Of a DNA stretch of 64,000 nucleotides, positions 1 through 14,581 are shown piece after piece; within the stretch, counting starts at the first letter, position 1, and every line of letters begins with the position of its first letter. Origin of the DNA: Eledone cirrhosa (Eukaryota); the NCBI GenBank assembly GCA_964016885.1, contig OZ024745.1:120032001-120096000 (forward strand), read 5' to 3'. The notes below the pieces were generated by a model. The model was given only the letters and a program-made list of their open reading frames with translations. It made no database searches and was not told where the DNA came from. Made by a program: the position numbers and the translations under genes.

Positions 1-1650
1 GTTAGAAGATAGGCGAGATATTCTGAGGGATATACTATGTGCTATGGAATTAATTATGGATCGGGGTGGTTTGAGTTATAACTAATGTAGGCTAGATTCT
101 CGTTATGTTTATGGACGGGCTCTATTAATCCTGTGTTTAGGTTGAGTGTTATATCTAAGAAGTTTGCTTTTTTAGAGTTAAATTCGAAAGTGATACCTAG
201 GCCTAGTTTGTTGAAGAACACTAATTTTTTTCCGTAATTTTTCCATGGTTTCATTATTTAAATTTTTATTTAAAAGGAGTGTGTCGTCTCTATAAATTCC
301 TCCCTGGGGTTATTAAATTCCTTGCGTAAGTTATGCGCTATATATATTCCCACTATGTCTGTTACCTGTGCTGAGTCGCTAGAACCCATTGTGATATCGA
401 AGCTATTCTGTCTGTTTCTTCGTTCCCAGTAACTCTTTTCGAATCTAATGATAGCTCTCCTAGCAGCTAGTATTATTTTAATTTCATCAGAGGTTAGGTC
501 CGAGTTTTTCTGGGCAAAAGTTAGCGCTTTATCTAGGGTGACTGGGAAGTTGGAGGAGTAGTTGTCATTAATGTCAAACTGTACGTAGTTGGATGTTTCC
601 CTACTGTCTATTTTGCTGAACCAGTCTATTGCTTCGTTAGTGTTACCCCATAGCTTAATTACTAGTTTGTCCTTGATTTGTGCTATTACCCTCTCTAGTA
701 TATACTTGCTAATTCTACCTATATCCGCCTTCGATGGCATATTAATCTAATTGTGGGGTCTATTTCGAAATTATTTTTGTGATCCCTTAGGTTAAATGTG
801 GGGTTACAAAGGGGTTAGAGGCTCGGTTCTATCAGATATTTTCAGTTTTTTTACTATGCTAAGTCCCTCCTTATTAATGCTAGTGAGTGCAGATTCTGTA
901 GGTTTCTTGCATATTTTGTGCAGTTCTCGGCGTATAAAGTTATTGTATTTAGTAAGGCTCATGGTGTATACATTTGATGTTTTCTCTGCTTTTACTATAA
1001 TACCGTTGGTGTTGCGTAGATTTTTTAGTAGTGCATTGATGTCGTTTTGCAGTTTGTTGTGATGTGTCCGTTTTTTTAATTTGGTTCATGAGATCGAGTT
1101 CGAAGGCATCGAGCTGGGTGTTATTTGGTGGATATTTGCAAGATTTGAATCCGTATTTTTCCCTAGTAAATTCTTCTGTGTTATTAGCATGTCCTTTATC
1201 GTAATGATAGGCCTTCTATCTGATTCGACGGATGACGTCATTAGTATACTGTATCATGCCGAGTGTATAGGTATGTTTTTCAAGGACATGCCTATGTGGT
1301 ACTTTTCCATATTAGTGCCGTGCGTTAAGGTTGTTGCTCTACCTAGTAGGAACAGGGTATATGGGATAACGAGTTATCTTTATAGGTAATCCAGTTAGAA
1401 GTTGTGAGTACTCTGTGTCATGGATAGTTTTAACGTAGGGCTTTGTTTGACTCAACAAGATGTTTCCATAGTTAGGCAGTGAGTTCACAAGAATTCCTAT
1501 GTAGGTTATACTTGGAGTAATAATAGTGAGAGATTGAAGAGTAACATGGTCAGCTGTACAACAAGGGGCTTTATTTCAGGTATTAACAATCGATTCATTG
1601 ATCAGGTGAGTCTAGAAGCCGCTAATCGCTCGCAGATGCGTCACTCGATC
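1..1650 (-). mobile_element. Decayed Penelope-like retroelement, RT region and 5' part (Naiad-like clade); continues off the left edge of the window
   Basis: ORFs 270-740 and 54-254 give DIGRISKYILERV..LWGNTNEAIDWF..VQFDIND..FDITMGSSDSAQVTDIVGIYI and FLDITLNLNTG..YISYNSNHP, which match PLE RT motifs of the Naiad type; frameshifted. The 5' boundary is approximate. Confidence 0.75.
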
Positions 1651-1728
1651 TACATTATATGTGTGTGTATGTATGTTCTTTCTTGAACATGGTGGACCTT
1701 GTTGTCTCTTGAGGTCACTGGTTGTGAC

Positions 1729-1912
1729 TTGTTGGCAGTATCTGTAGAGGGTTGGACGCCATGCTTTCTAGCATAGTTACGTCCCTTTACGGTTTGAGTT
1801 CAAATCCCGCCGAGGTTAACTTTGCCTTTCATCCTTACGTGGTCGATAAAATAAAGTACCAGTAATGTACTGGGTAATTGCTGGCCTTCTGCTAAAAGTA
1901 GAAACAATTATT
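1729..1912 (+). mobile_element. tRNA-derived SINE (abundant family)
   Basis: A-box-like TGGCAGTATC.GTAGAG, B-box GAGTTCAAATCCC, core GCCTTTCATCCTTACG.GGTCGATAAAATAAAGTACCAG, end AGAAACAATTATT; about 15 full or partial copies in the window. Confidence 0.8.
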
Positions 1913-2244
1913 TACCTCTGATCAAATACTCAGAATACAAATAATTCATACATGGCATGATATATATAGAGAGAAATAGCGTAGAATCAAAACAATAACA
2001 GCAATAATAAAATATATGATAAATAGGTAACGAAGTTACAGATGTAAATAGTAAAAAGTAAGAAAAAAGATACAATAAAAAAGTAAGAAAATGGAAAAAT
2101 AATAAAAATATAAAGAAATAAAGATAAGTGAGAGCATATAAGATAAGAATATGATAGTGGTGGTGGTGAGTAAGTGTTTGTATAAGGATGCTTGGGTGGA
2201 TGTAATGCTAACATGAAAGCCATATTCGAAACAAACATAGATAC

Positions 2245-2303
<59 letters not shown>

Positions 2304-2413
2304 TCCAGTTCCTCAGTGAAATAACAACCCATCCACGAACTAGGCATATCAGAGTATTGACAAAGTTATAAACCTCAACAACATGTGTACTCGTCTCTAC
2401 CACACTAATTCGG

Positions 2414-2468
2414 ACTGCCTGAAGAGGTCACAGCCAAAGATGGCTGTCACCGAAATATATATAGCAGT
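2414..2468 (+). ncRNA. Type I hammerhead ribozyme motif (family C) inside a ~300-bp repeat at 2300-2610
   Basis: ACTGC-CTGAAGA-GGTCACAGCCA aaga TGGCTGTCACC-GAAA-TATATATA-GCAGT; stems I and II pair; related copies at 32887 and 57784. Confidence 0.8.
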
Positions 2469-3285
2469 AATAAACGAAACCAAATTTTAAACATTTGACT
2501 TTTTATTTTATTTTATTTTATTTTACATTACTCCGGAGTAACCAAACCAACCTACGCACTTCGTCGAGTGCTCCAATCTGCATATTGAGGTGTGGTATAC
2601 AACCAACGTATACTCAAAATTTATATATATACATATATGTATATATATATATATATATTTGTGGGTGTATTAGTGTGTTTATGTGTATGTGTGTGTCTAT
2701 GTGTGTCTATGTGTGTCTATGAACACATGTGTACGAGTGTTTGTAAGTGTACAAGATTCGTTCTCGTAGATAAGACGCAATGTACTATCAATGATCTGAC
2801 TTTCAATCATTGGGTGTATGTTTCTATTAACATCATCCGTGTTCTATCTACCCTGTCAGGATTGATCCGGCCTCTACTTCCGTTCCAGAATTAACCAGTC
2901 ACTGATCAGTATTGTTATCCAAATCCGCGCTGTGGCTTTTGCTGCGTTCTCGCAGTGAACGGAGTTACAGAAAGAGAATCGGCCTCGACAAGCCGAACTA
3001 TACACCAGCATGCACTCACATGCCGAGGGTTAAGTGTAGTTTCACTCACGTACGGTGATATATCCATTGGTATCAGCACACCACACATTTGCTTGCGCAT
3101 GTGTGGTCGTAAAACATTGTTAACGCGATGAAAACATGCTCCCAAATTATATGTGTATGACGCTGTGAGGAGCGCAAGTGTATGTGTGTGCATGTATGGA
3201 ATGTGCACACATATATGTTCATTAGTGTGAATATATATTAACACATTTGAAAGACGTACAGGTAGATATTGGAGTCCATTATTTG

Positions 3286-3474
3286 TGGTGGATTGGCAGT
3301 ATCGGTAGAGGGTCGGACGCCATACTTTCCAGCATAGTTACGTCCCTTTACGATCTGAGTTCAAATCCCGCCGAGGTTGACTTTGCCTTTCATCCTTACA
3401 GGGTCGATACAATAAAGTACCAGTAATGCACTGGGTAATTTGCTGGCCTTGTGCCTAAAGTAGAAACAATTATT
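3286..3474 (+). mobile_element. tRNA-derived SINE, full length
   Basis: Same family as 1729-1912; near-identical to 46674-46862. Confidence 0.8.
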
Positions 3475-4751
3475 TGTGGATACTATTGTGTGATTGTGGT
3501 GCTGGGGAAGCCTATGTTCGTATGTCTATGAGGACATATACGTATATATGTATGTGTATACGGTAGGGTCCACACATGTATAAATCTATAGGCATGAGAG
3601 CCTAACATTTGCACAGACTGATAACTGTGCATATGTGTGTGCATATGTGTGTGCATATGTGTGTGCATATGTGTGTGCATATGTGTGTGTGCGTGCACCC
3701 GCGTGTAAGAGTAAGTGTTTACATATGAACATTAAATTTGTGAAGTTATTACGTCAAACGTGAGACTAATCTAATTTTGTCACTGTATTCTCAATTGTCA
3801 CCTTACTCTCTTTCTCTTTATCCATTCTCATACTTCCATTTAAAGTCACTGATATTTATCTCGCAACATCTATCAATTTCAAGCCCGAGCATTTCAAATG
3901 TGTTAACTATAGTTTCTATAGAGAAACATGTTGTGAATAAAACCAAGAAATATCTTGGAATCTAAAGCTACTATTAATGCCATGCCAAACAGATGTACAT
4001 TTGTTGATGATACGGTAGCGTGTTTGTTGTCTACAGGTCTGAATAAAACAAAAGCAACTTGGAAAACCATAGCTAAAATACTATCAAGTTGATTTAAAGT
4101 GGATAAAAATAGCTGTCATCCACAATTAAATATGCCTTCATGGCATGTACAATACATTGGCTCAGGCTTTTAAATACCCATGCAGTTGCGAGGACACGCA
4201 CAAACACACACTCTAAACCCTTCCCCACTTGTTCCAATAAAACATCGAAGACGTGACAGCTGGCCGATAAATGAGTTGTCCCAACACTGTATTTGTATTT
4301 TCTTTATTTACTCCGAAAGGGAAAATGAACCTACACTGGATATGAATTCATCCAAGAGAGCCGCAATAAATATTCAATGCTCACCTTTTGTATTTTCTAT
4401 GTTCAACACAATATTTCAGCCATTTCCTTGCTCAGCTACCCACTATACCTATTTCCCTTATCCATCTTATGTCATTAACCAAAGCTGACAAAGGTCCTTA
4501 CACATCTTTTTTTCTTAAATTAATTCAATAAATTTACTTGATGAAATCTGAAATATCATCGCAAAACCTTCCTACTGCAAAACCACAATCTCCTGTGATA
4601 AGATAAATTTGCTACCACTTGATAATTGGAAATATATATGATCTCATTGAGTACAAAACCAATAATTCCTCCTCAATTCTAAGGACTTATATTAGAAGTT
4701 TTCACAAAACATATGTTCATTGAATTATTTCCAAATTCATATTCATCAACA

Positions 4752-5990
4752 TAGCTGCATTTTGCCTGCTTTAAAATATACTTTGTTTCTAATGATTTAA
4801 AATTTCCAAAGAGCTTTGAAGTGGATGTTGTTAGTTATTGTTTCATAGCCATAAATAGATAATCGATGAAGCTCAACAAAATTAGACAGCAATCTACGCT
4901 AAGATTATTTCCGTCTGGAAAATATTCAATAATCATACTATGGATGGTTGATTATATAATTAGCTATCTTATCCAAAGAAAGAAGGAAATGTCTGCTGAG
5001 GATTAGAATTGAAATATCTGAGCAATCAGTATTTTTTTATTTCTACATACACCCCCGTGTACGGTGTTTTTGTTGCCAAGACCTCAACTGCCAGATCGTC
5101 ACAGAGAATGCACTGTTCTGTTTACTTTGGCTCTCTACGGTCTGAGTTCAAAACGCTCCGAGCTCAACTTTGCCTTTTATCCATTCAAAGTCGATAAAGG
5201 ATATATCAATCGAGTATCGAGGGCGATTTTTCTTCTACATTTCTTTCTCTCTTTCTCTTGATAACTCTCTGCCTCCTTCTCTAGATGAAATCAGCCGCGT
5301 TTACATCAGCAGAGGGGTATGTGATTTTCCAGATTTGAATAAATGCCCAAGTCACGTTCTATGTCATACGGTGTCTCTACGACTTCATCAGTTGTTACAG
5401 GTCCACACATGCTACAATCAATGCAGCCATCAATTACACATCTCCTACCGTGACTAAATAGCTGAACTATTTACTACGTCACTCATTTTCTTCGAATTAA
5501 TGACTCTCCTTGCCAACTGAGAGCTAGATACACTTTTTCCGAAAAATATATTCACATAGTCTTTCATTCTCAACAAGAATATAAGAAAACACCTGCCACG
5601 TGTAACAATAAGTCTCTCCCTAAATACTAGAGATACTTCTGGCCAAGCAAGGCACAGAAGTAGTTTCATATTTATATTCAACATACCTGCATTTTGTCTG
5701 CTTTAAAATATACTTTGTTTCTAATGATTTCAAATTTCCAACGAGCTCTTAATTGTTGCTTCATAGCCGTAAAAAGATTATAGATGAAGCTCAACAAAAT
5801 AAGACAAATCTAACGTTAAGATTATTTCCGCCTGGTAAATATTCAATAGTCATACCAACTGAGTGCAGCATACACTTTTTCCGAAGAATATATTCACATA
5901 GTCTTTCATTTTTAACAAGTATATAAGAAAACACCTGCCAAGTCTCTTTCTAAATACTAGAGACACTTCTCGCCAAAGAAGGCACAGAAT
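4752..5990. repeat. Local direct duplications (4752-4940 ~ 5684-5856; 5528-5660 ~ 5870-5990)
   Basis: Shared strings CTGCATTTTG.CTGCTTTAAAATATACTTTGTTTCTAATGATTT and TACACTTTTTCCGAA.AATATATTCACATAGTCTTTCATT. Confidence 0.8.
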
Positions 5991-6354
5991 TATTGCTCGT
6001 CACGCCAACATGTTTAAAAATATATATATATTGAAGACCATTCCACACTGATCATTTGTTGTCTGTTCCCCCTTATTTTATCATATTTCTCCTTACACCC
6101 TCAGGTAATCTACTTATCTACTTACGTTTTAGCCAGCTTTCAGAAAGTGACAGTAATATCGAATACAATTGTATTGTGAAACTTTGTATAATGTTATATA
6201 ATGCTGTATTCGATATGTACACCAATGATATACATTCAGAAATAGCAATCAGTTTATGCAATTGAACGTTATACATTCATGTGTTCGCCACCAATTAACA
6301 CCTTCCAATAAAGGTAACAAAAGACGGCACAACCGAGGTTAAATTGATAAACTC

Positions 6355-6795
6355 CTACATATATATGTTTATATATATATATCTATATATCTATGTCTCA
6401 CTGTCTATCTGTCTATATATGTATGCATACATTCATATATGTATGTATGTAAGCATGTATGTATTTATTATATATGTATGCATGCATGTATGTATGCATG
6501 CATGTATGTATGTAAGCATGCATGTATGTATTATATATGTATGTATGCATGCATGTATGCTTGTATGTATGTTTGCATGCATGTATATATGTATGTTTGT
6601 CTGCATGTATGAATGTATGCATGTAAGTATGTATGTATGTATATATGTTAGTGTGCATGTATATAAGTATATATGTATGTACATGTGTATGTATGTAGGT
6701 ATGTATGTATCCATGTAAGTATGTATGTAAGCATGTATGTAAGTGTTTATGTATATAAGTGTATATGTATGTACATGTGTATGTATGCATGTATG
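6355..6795. repeat. Degenerate (TATG)n/(CATG)n microsatellite
   Basis: Direct reading. Confidence 0.9.
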
Positions 6796-8684
6796 TTTTC
6801 TGATTTTAAAATTTCACAAATTTTTGAAAATAGAGAGAGAGTCGGTTTCTAACATAGACACAAGACTCTCTCATTGGAATTTACAAAACATCAACTAGGT
6901 AGATTATGTATGCATGCATGTGTAGATATTGGATGTGTATGTTTTGAGTTGTATATGTCCATGTGTATATGTATTGTATCTGTACATGTGTATATGCAGT
7001 TATTAGATGCAAATCTTTTGGAAAGTTTTACATACTTTTACTGTTCCATTAATGGATTGAACTTGTAATTTCCTAACTAGTTGTGTTCTTTCTGTTCCTG
7101 TGAAGCCCAGCTTCTCAAGATTTGTATTGAGGCAGTTACTAACATATCCCAGTGCGCCAATAATCACAGGCATAAATCTGAAGGTGTAATCAGGGTGGAG
7201 TATCTGCAGATTTCTCATCAGTTCTGCATAAATATTCTCATTTTCGCTAATCTTTGATATCATATTGGCATCTGCTGGACAGCTAACTTCCACTACTGTG
7301 CATGCCTTCTTTTCCCTGTCCCATATCATAATATCTGATCTGTTATGCCTGCATTTTATTGGGGTTTTTATTGGAACATTCCACCAGTACTCTTTCATAT
7401 TATGTACGTGGATGTCTTCCACATTGTTGTAGCTTTTAATCTGTTTATTATCGGGGCTATCTTTTCTACAGATTGTATTGTACAGTGTTTTGGCCACTAC
7501 ATCATGCCTCATAGGTAGATAGTACCGCGATGACATCTTTGGACAGCTGCTGATAACATGGGTGATATCTTGGATGTTAATTCTGCAGAGTTTGCACTTG
7601 TTATCACATCTAGGTCTTTTGCCTGCAACACTATCTCTTTTGTGAATCAGGTATTTCGTGCTAATCTCCTGTTCTTGGATTGCAAAAGCGTATCCTTCAA
7701 AGCCAATATAGCGGGTGTTGGTCCAAGATAGACTACTTTCCTTATCTATATTACTCTCATTCTTGAGCTTCCTGGCAACATATCCATGCATGATTTTTTG
7801 CTGATAGGCATGCAGTTTTTCATACATGGATTCAATCCGATAGTGCTGAGCGACTTCCATGGGTGTGACTGTTTGATTATCACACAGGGAATATCTCTCG
7901 AGGAGTTCCTTCCCAACTCTCATGATCTTATCTGTTTCATGCAGATAGACTTGCTCGAGGGACGGGCTCCTACGCTTCGAGGTTCGTAGATGTTGTCGGA
8001 GGGATATAATGCGACATTCAAATGCTGTCTGGACTGATGTTAGGCCTCTGCCTCCCTGCTTACGTTTCAAGTAAAGGCGGTCTATGTCACTGTTGATGTG
8101 GAAGTTTCCGGTGTTGTTTAGTATTTTTCGAGTTCCAACATCAACTGTTTGGATTTCGTCTATCGTCCAATTGAGTATTCCAAACGGTGGTGTTAGGATA
8201 GGCACAGCAAACACATTGTGAGCCACTGTTTTGTTTCGCGCAGAGAGTTCCGATGATCAAATCTTTCTTAATCGGGTGTAGTATTCCCTGGTTACGCGTT
8301 CCTTATTACAGATAACCTTATAGGATATGTTCTCATCTATCCCAGGTATCTGCAGCAGTCCTCATTAGATATCGGAGAAACAGTTAGGCCATTGATAACA
8401 ATGTTGCCAGTTTGGGTTGTTATTTTTCCCCGCTTTACAGTCATATATTAGCATTTATCTTGGCCAAACTCCATTCCTATATCCTTTGAGAACGTTGTAA
8501 CAAGGTCAAGATTTTTCTTCATCCCATCAATGTTCTTGGCATAGAGTTTCAGATCAGATAATCCACAAAGAAATTATAGGTTAGGTTCGTATTTCTGTCC
8601 TCCTGTGAGCCAATCATTTATCCTTCACATTTCTTGAGTAGAAAGGAGGTTTAATGACAGGATGAATAATATCACAGAGAGTCT
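6796..8684 (-). mobile_element. R4/Dong-clade non-LTR retrotransposon, 5'-truncated 3' part (RT end, CCHC, restriction-like endonuclease)
   Basis: ORF 7003-8226: IDRLYLKRKQGGRGL, CKLC..DITHVISSC, RHDVVAK, (P)DIMIWD..VVEVSCP, PVIIGALG; the 3' UTR ends in (ACAT)n; upstream RT is frameshifted. Confidence 0.9.
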
Positions 8685-9300
8685 GGCTAAGTATAGTGGC
8701 TTATTCTTCTCTAATAACTTCTCTTGTAGTGGCTCACTAAAATAGAGCATCTGTTGTACTTTTCCCAGGCACAAAAGCAAACTGCCTCTCATCTAATTTA
8801 ACCCTTTCTCTAATCAGTTGCGCTAATATTCTCTCTGCCACTTTCATAACCTGATCCATCAGCTTTATACCCTATAATTGCTCCTCTCTAGAGCATCCCC
8901 TTAACCTTTGTAGCAATTTACGAGAATACTGCTGCACCAGTGTTTGGGTATGACACCACCATATATAACTTGATTGAAGATGCGTGCAACCAGTTTAATG
9001 CCTACTTCACCTGTTGCTTTCAGCATCTCAGCAACTATCCCGACGGTCCAGCAGTCTTACCATTCTACATTTCTTTAATTGCCTCTTGTACCCTATATTA
9101 GTCAATCTCAATAGCTGGTCCCTTTGTTGGGTCTACTGGGGCTAATTTCTCTCTGTCCCATTCATTCTCCACATTCATTCTCCACATTCATCAGTCTCTC
9201 ATAGTGACATTTCCAGGCCTCCTTTTTTTTATCATTCGTGACACTAAGTACACCGGAATCATTCCGGACACATTTATCTCCAACAAGATCCTGATTTGCA
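8685..9300 (-). mobile_element. RTE-clade LINE RT fragment, decayed
   Basis: Reverse strand near 8830-8880 reads NYR-IKLMDQVMKVAERILA, preceded by YKG.GDALERSNY. Confidence 0.7.
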
Positions 9301-9329
9301 CACTGCCTTGCAATGCGGAACACCGCACG

Positions 9330-9428
<99 letters not shown>

Positions 9429-9437
9429 TTATATATC
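9330..9437. repeat. (TATC)n microsatellite
   Basis: Direct reading. Confidence 0.95.
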
Positions 9438-9439
9438 TC

Positions 9440-12400
9440 TGGGATGGACACGTGTTAAACTTGCTCGGTAAGATTTCTTTAAATTTTTTTAGAAATTCGT
9501 CACTGTGAACTTTTATTTTTATACCAATCTGTAGAGAGACTGACAGGTCAAATTTTGATCTGGTCAGTCTCCCAAAATATCGTACCCCTCAGGGCAAAAA
9601 TATCCAACATATTTTCGAAAAATCTTTGCGAAACACTTCAATTTAAAAAAATGGCCGAAGCAAAGGCACCTGCCTCTTTGTCAATACAAGAAGATTGGAA
9701 GAGAAAGCCATGCCTACTTGACCAGCAGGTAGTAGCAGACATAGACAAAGGAATGCCAACATTATCGCCTCAATATTTAGAAGAAGAACAAGCTCCAGTT
9801 GCTTGTAAGCAACTGAACACGCCTGATGTCGTATACGTCACATGTATCCACAGACAGAAGGAAGAATGTGTAGCAAATACTAACATCACCACAAGCAACA
9901 ATAACAACAACACAATAAATGAGAACAACAACAATACAACAAAAGGAATCAGCGGCAACACAATGAATGAGACCATCACCACCACCACCAACAACAATAA
10001 CAAAATTTAATTTGCAGCAACCGTTGCTAAGCAACATGATAATAAATATTATCCCATGGACATTTCCCAAAAGTCCCAATATTTGGAAGAAGCTTCCAAC
10101 TATGTGACGTTTGAGGGAGACACCCCACCCATACACATACCCCCACAAGTAAGAGAGATGATACAGAAAAAGAAACTGATCTACAGAACAGTTGACATCA
10201 TTACCAAAAAACCCGTAACACTTCCAACAAGCACTATTGAAGCTGCACTAAAAGATATCAAGCCAGACGTGGCATACCTCCAAAGAGCTAAATAGTATGG
10301 AAGTGTGTCAGTGGTCTTTAAGAGCGAAACTCTGGCTCAAAACCACTCGGTTCACCCACTAAAAACGGATCAACACAACTTCTTCCACACATACATGGGA
10401 AGAATATCCTACAAAATAAAAATAACCAGGTTCCCAGCAGAGGTAAAAAAATGGTGGATCCTACGCTGCATCCTGAAGAAGGATGAGGACACCCTCCTAT
10501 ATGTAGACAGGACAGACCGGAATAACTGGTTTGGAACCTGCATCGAAGTTCTGGTACAAATGAGGCCAGAGAGAATTGAGAAAATCCTGGACAGGATCGT
10601 CCTTGAGAAAGATGTCATCTCCATTTTAGTGGAGGGGAAAAGACCGAAGTGCCATAAGTGTGGGAAAACCACACACTTAAAGGCCTTTTGCCCTCTCTTA
10701 AACAAACCGAGGACAAACAAGGTGTTATTACCAACACCAAAACCCCAACATCAACATCCTAAACCAAACACAACACAAAAACCTGCAACATCCACTTCTA
10801 CGCCAGCACAGACCAGAGACAACCACACACAAAATCCCACTGAAAAACCCTCCATTGCCTCCTCGCTCCCTTTCAAATACTTCCACAAACACCTACACAA
10901 ACACTCCACCACACAACATACCCCTCACATCTACCCCTGATTCAGAAGTCTCAGACACGGGAACCTCTATATCTCCAAGTGAGAAGGAAGAGGAACTCCA
11001 AAAATCCAATAACAAAAAAGAGACAAAAACAAACAAAAACAAAATCATCTACAGAAAACACGCACACACCCAACCCCACCATAAACACAACGCGACAAAC
11101 GACAAACATACCAACAACACAATCACCACCAACACAACCAAACACTTGACCAACAAAACAAACACCCACACCACCACAATGACAAATCCCAACCACAAAA
11201 AGAAAACTACAAACAGAAACGGCACACATAAAAAACAAAACACATTACACATACATAAACACAACTAACAAAGAACTAGAAGAAACTGTCCGAACGGACC
11301 CTACTATCCAAACGGAAGGGAAAACCTTCCCCACCAACGACCCACTCCCAAACCTCAAACTGATCAGGTTAACAACCCTACAACATGAAACATTGAAAGG
11401 GACTTTCCCACATGATGTGCCCCCCCCCCTTGCCAAAAACCCCGTAACCGTGTCCTGCTAAAAGTATTCCCTCCCTCCCCAAACACCCCCAATCTGGACA
11501 TGGAGATCGAACAACTCGACCTCCAGGAAACGAAAAGGTAAGTGTTCCTGCCTTTTCTCTCCCTAACTCTTCTTCACCAACACGTCGACTATACAAGTTG
11601 GATGTTTGAATGTACGTGGCCTGGGCATGCCCTGGAAACAGGGCCAGCTTTTAAATGATCTCAGGTCACATTGTATAGATGTGATTGCCATCACCGAGTC
11701 CAGGATTCACGACAAGCAGCAGCTAACCCCCATCTTCGATGACTTTGAGATCTACGCATCTCTCTGTCAGCCAGGAGGTGGAGGGGGTTTTGATGTTCTG
11801 TTTCGAAAAAAACTTGGATCTCAAAGCACAGACGATTCACTTAGACCCGGAAGACAGCGTGGTGGTCCTGGACGGAATGGTAATGAAGGTGGAGCTTTCA
11901 GACTGGTGACCGTATATGCCCCGACTGGGGCACCGCGGCCAGAGTGCTTCAAGCGTCTGGAGTCATTCCTAGGAAGGTCTCGCTCCTTAGTGTTAGCGGG
12001 GGGGGGGGGCTGGAATGGCATCTTAGATGCACGTTGGGACAATGTAAGAGCTTGTGATAATAGAAGAGGGTGTAATAGCGTCAAAGATTTCATCAGACAA
12101 TTCCAACTGGCTGATAGATATCGACTAGACTTCCCAAGTGCACCACTGTGAACGTGGAGCAACCGCGCTAGGTCTTCTAGATCGTATTTGGATAGATGTT
12201 TAATTAGACAGAATGATAAGGAAACATTAAGCTGTCCACAAACGCACATGGTTGCCTATTAAGACCACAAATTAGTCACCTACGTAGTCAACCTTGATAG
12301 AACACATATACAGGGACCCGGATACTGGAAGCTAAACATGTCGCTTCCGGCGCGTAAGGCCTACAGTAAACGGATTAGCACCTTGGTCAGTTGTCGGGGG

Positions 12401-13428
12401 CGTACAGCTGACGTGCTAGCGGCGAGAACGGCACTCGACCAGTTCTCCAACGTGAAACACGAAGGTTGTATTGTCAGAAGTAGAACACGTGCTCTAAGAA
12501 ACGAGGGAGCCAAAGCTGTTAGCTGGGCTCGAGTGGCAGAGGCGAAAAGTGGTAACAAATCCACAATACGGTCGTTGCAAGACAAAGATGGACGCATTCT
12601 ATTTGAATCCAAGCAGATGTGCACGGCCTTCCAGCGGCATTTTGCACCACTGTTCGGGGAAAGCGGTACATCAAGGGAGGTGATGGACTTCAGCTCCTAC
12701 CTCGACGGCGTACCACGACTCTAGAGCACGGATGCAGATCACAGCGGGCGAAATAGAAGATGCCTTAAGCCGCTACGGGAAACGGAAATCACCCGGTTTA
12801 GATGGTCTACCCTATGAGTTTTACATAGGCATGTCAGAATTGTTCTCTGGCATCCTAGAAGCGGTCTACTGCAACTGGCAGCAGAACGGAAGGATTACCA
12901 GTTCTGTAGACAAAGGCGTAGTAACGCTGATCAGGAAAGATGAGAACAAAGGGGATGAGATAAGCAATTCAGGCCCATAACTCTGCTCAACGCAGAGTTA
13001 AAGATGTTGGCAAGGTGATAGCAGCGAGGCTGGCGCTTGTCGTCGAGAAGCTGGTAGGGGAAGCGCAAACTTGTGCAATCTCGACCAGGTCCATATATGA
13101 CAACTTCCACCTCATCCGATACATAATAGAAAGGGCAGGGTGTAAACCTGCCTTCGGTGGGGCTCTGATCAATTTAGATCAGTCTAAGGCATTTGATAGG
13201 GTCGACCATAAATACTTGGAAGCGGTTCTCAAGGCGGCCGGCTTCGGTCCCGTTTTGAGAGGCTGGATCGCCGCCATGCACACCATCATCTGCTCAGCAG
13301 TGAAGGTGAATGGCTAACTATCGGAGCCATTCCGAATCATGCGTTCCATCAGTCAGGGGTGTCCTCTCTCCTCCATTCTGTATGAACTGACTCTCGAGCC
13401 ATTACTGCGGAAGATGCAGCTGTCAAGG
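9440..13428 (+). mobile_element. Decayed Tx1/L1-clade LINE (ORF1 with CCHC knuckle, ORF2 APE-RT), 3'-truncated
   Basis: VEGKRPKCHKCGKTTHLKAFC; NVRGLGMPWKQGQLLNDLRS, AITES, VYAPTG, SPGLDGLPYE, INLDQSKAFDRV; collinear with the intact element at 48171-54197 but with stops, frameshifts and deletions. Confidence 0.92.
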
Positions 13429-13836
13429 TAAGACAAGAAGATTATTTTTTCTAAAGTGTATGCTGTAAGGGAGATTTCAATCTAAAAACAATCCTTATGG
13501 AACTTTCCATTCAAAACATTGGGACCTACAACTTTTACAATTTTTATAGTAATCTCGTCCACATTTGAGGCAGCCATTATCTATGCGTCCAGGATATTGT
13601 GAATTTATTTAAAAAAACTATTATTACAATGAAGAAATCAGTTAAAACAAAATTTTCATTCATTATCAGCATAGTTTTAAGTGTACAAAGATTGCACAAA
13701 TATTCGTTTGCATTAATTATTGAAGACTTCTGCTTATTTTGACAGGTTGGGGACAAATAATTTTCTTCTTTTACTTCCTAGCTGTATATTCTTAGCATAA
13801 TTTCAAACCCCAGAGAACGCCGGGTAAATCTGCTAG
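13429..13836 (+). mobile_element. Helitron 3' terminal fragment
   Basis: Ends CCCCAGAGAACGCCGGGTAAATCTGCTAG|T, like the termini at 61852 and 62607; left boundary uncertain. Confidence 0.55.
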
Positions 13837-14077
13837 TATATAATAAAATAGAAATGATATAAAGTATATATATATCGTTTATTACCATTATTATTATTAT
13901 TATATTATATTTTATTTTTATTATATTATTATTATATTATATTATATGGAAGGCGGTGGATTGGCAGTATCGCTAGAGGCTCGGACGCATGCTTTGTAGC
14001 AAAGAGTTATGGCCTTTTAGTGTCTGAGTTCAAATCCTGTGTGTGCATGTGTGTGTGTATATGTGTGTGTGTGCCTC

Positions 14078-14113
<36 letters not shown>

Positions 14114-14150
14114 CCCTACCCACAATGCACCTTCATATATATATATATAT

Positions 14151-14350
14151 ATGACGAAGGAAATGTGGTAAGGAAGTAGATGGACCATAACGCACCAAAG
14201 TACTCAATACTTAGGGTAGTAGAGAGGCTAATAGGAACAAGTATGACCCCGACGGCAGAGCTCAAGCCGTTTCGACGGCAAAAAAGTCCAGAATTAGCCG
14301 TCGAAACGGCTTGAGCTCTGCCGTCGGGGTCATATATATGTATACATATG

Positions 14351-14415
<65 letters not shown>

Positions 14416-14563
14416 TGAAAAGAAAGTGTAGTACGAAACCAGGTTGACCATAACGCACCAGAGTACTCGTTACTTAGGGTAGTAAAGTAGGAAATAGGAA
14501 AAGAGTCAGGACCAAGAGTCGAATCGGTCGGAGCTCAGCCGTCGGGGTCCTGACTCTTTTCCT
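14151..14563. mobile_element. Two hammerhead family A fold-back inserts (14151-14333, 14413-14563)
   Basis: Long arm ..GATGGACCATAACGCACCA.AGTACTC..GACCCCGACGGCAGAGCTC followed by an inverted short arm; flanked by (TA)n/(CA)n. Confidence 0.8.
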
Positions 14564-14581
14564 ATATATATATATAGGGGT

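Noticed and set aside
3286-3380. tRNA gene
   Set aside because: A and B boxes are present, but they continue into a multi-copy SINE body and no full cloverleaf is evident.
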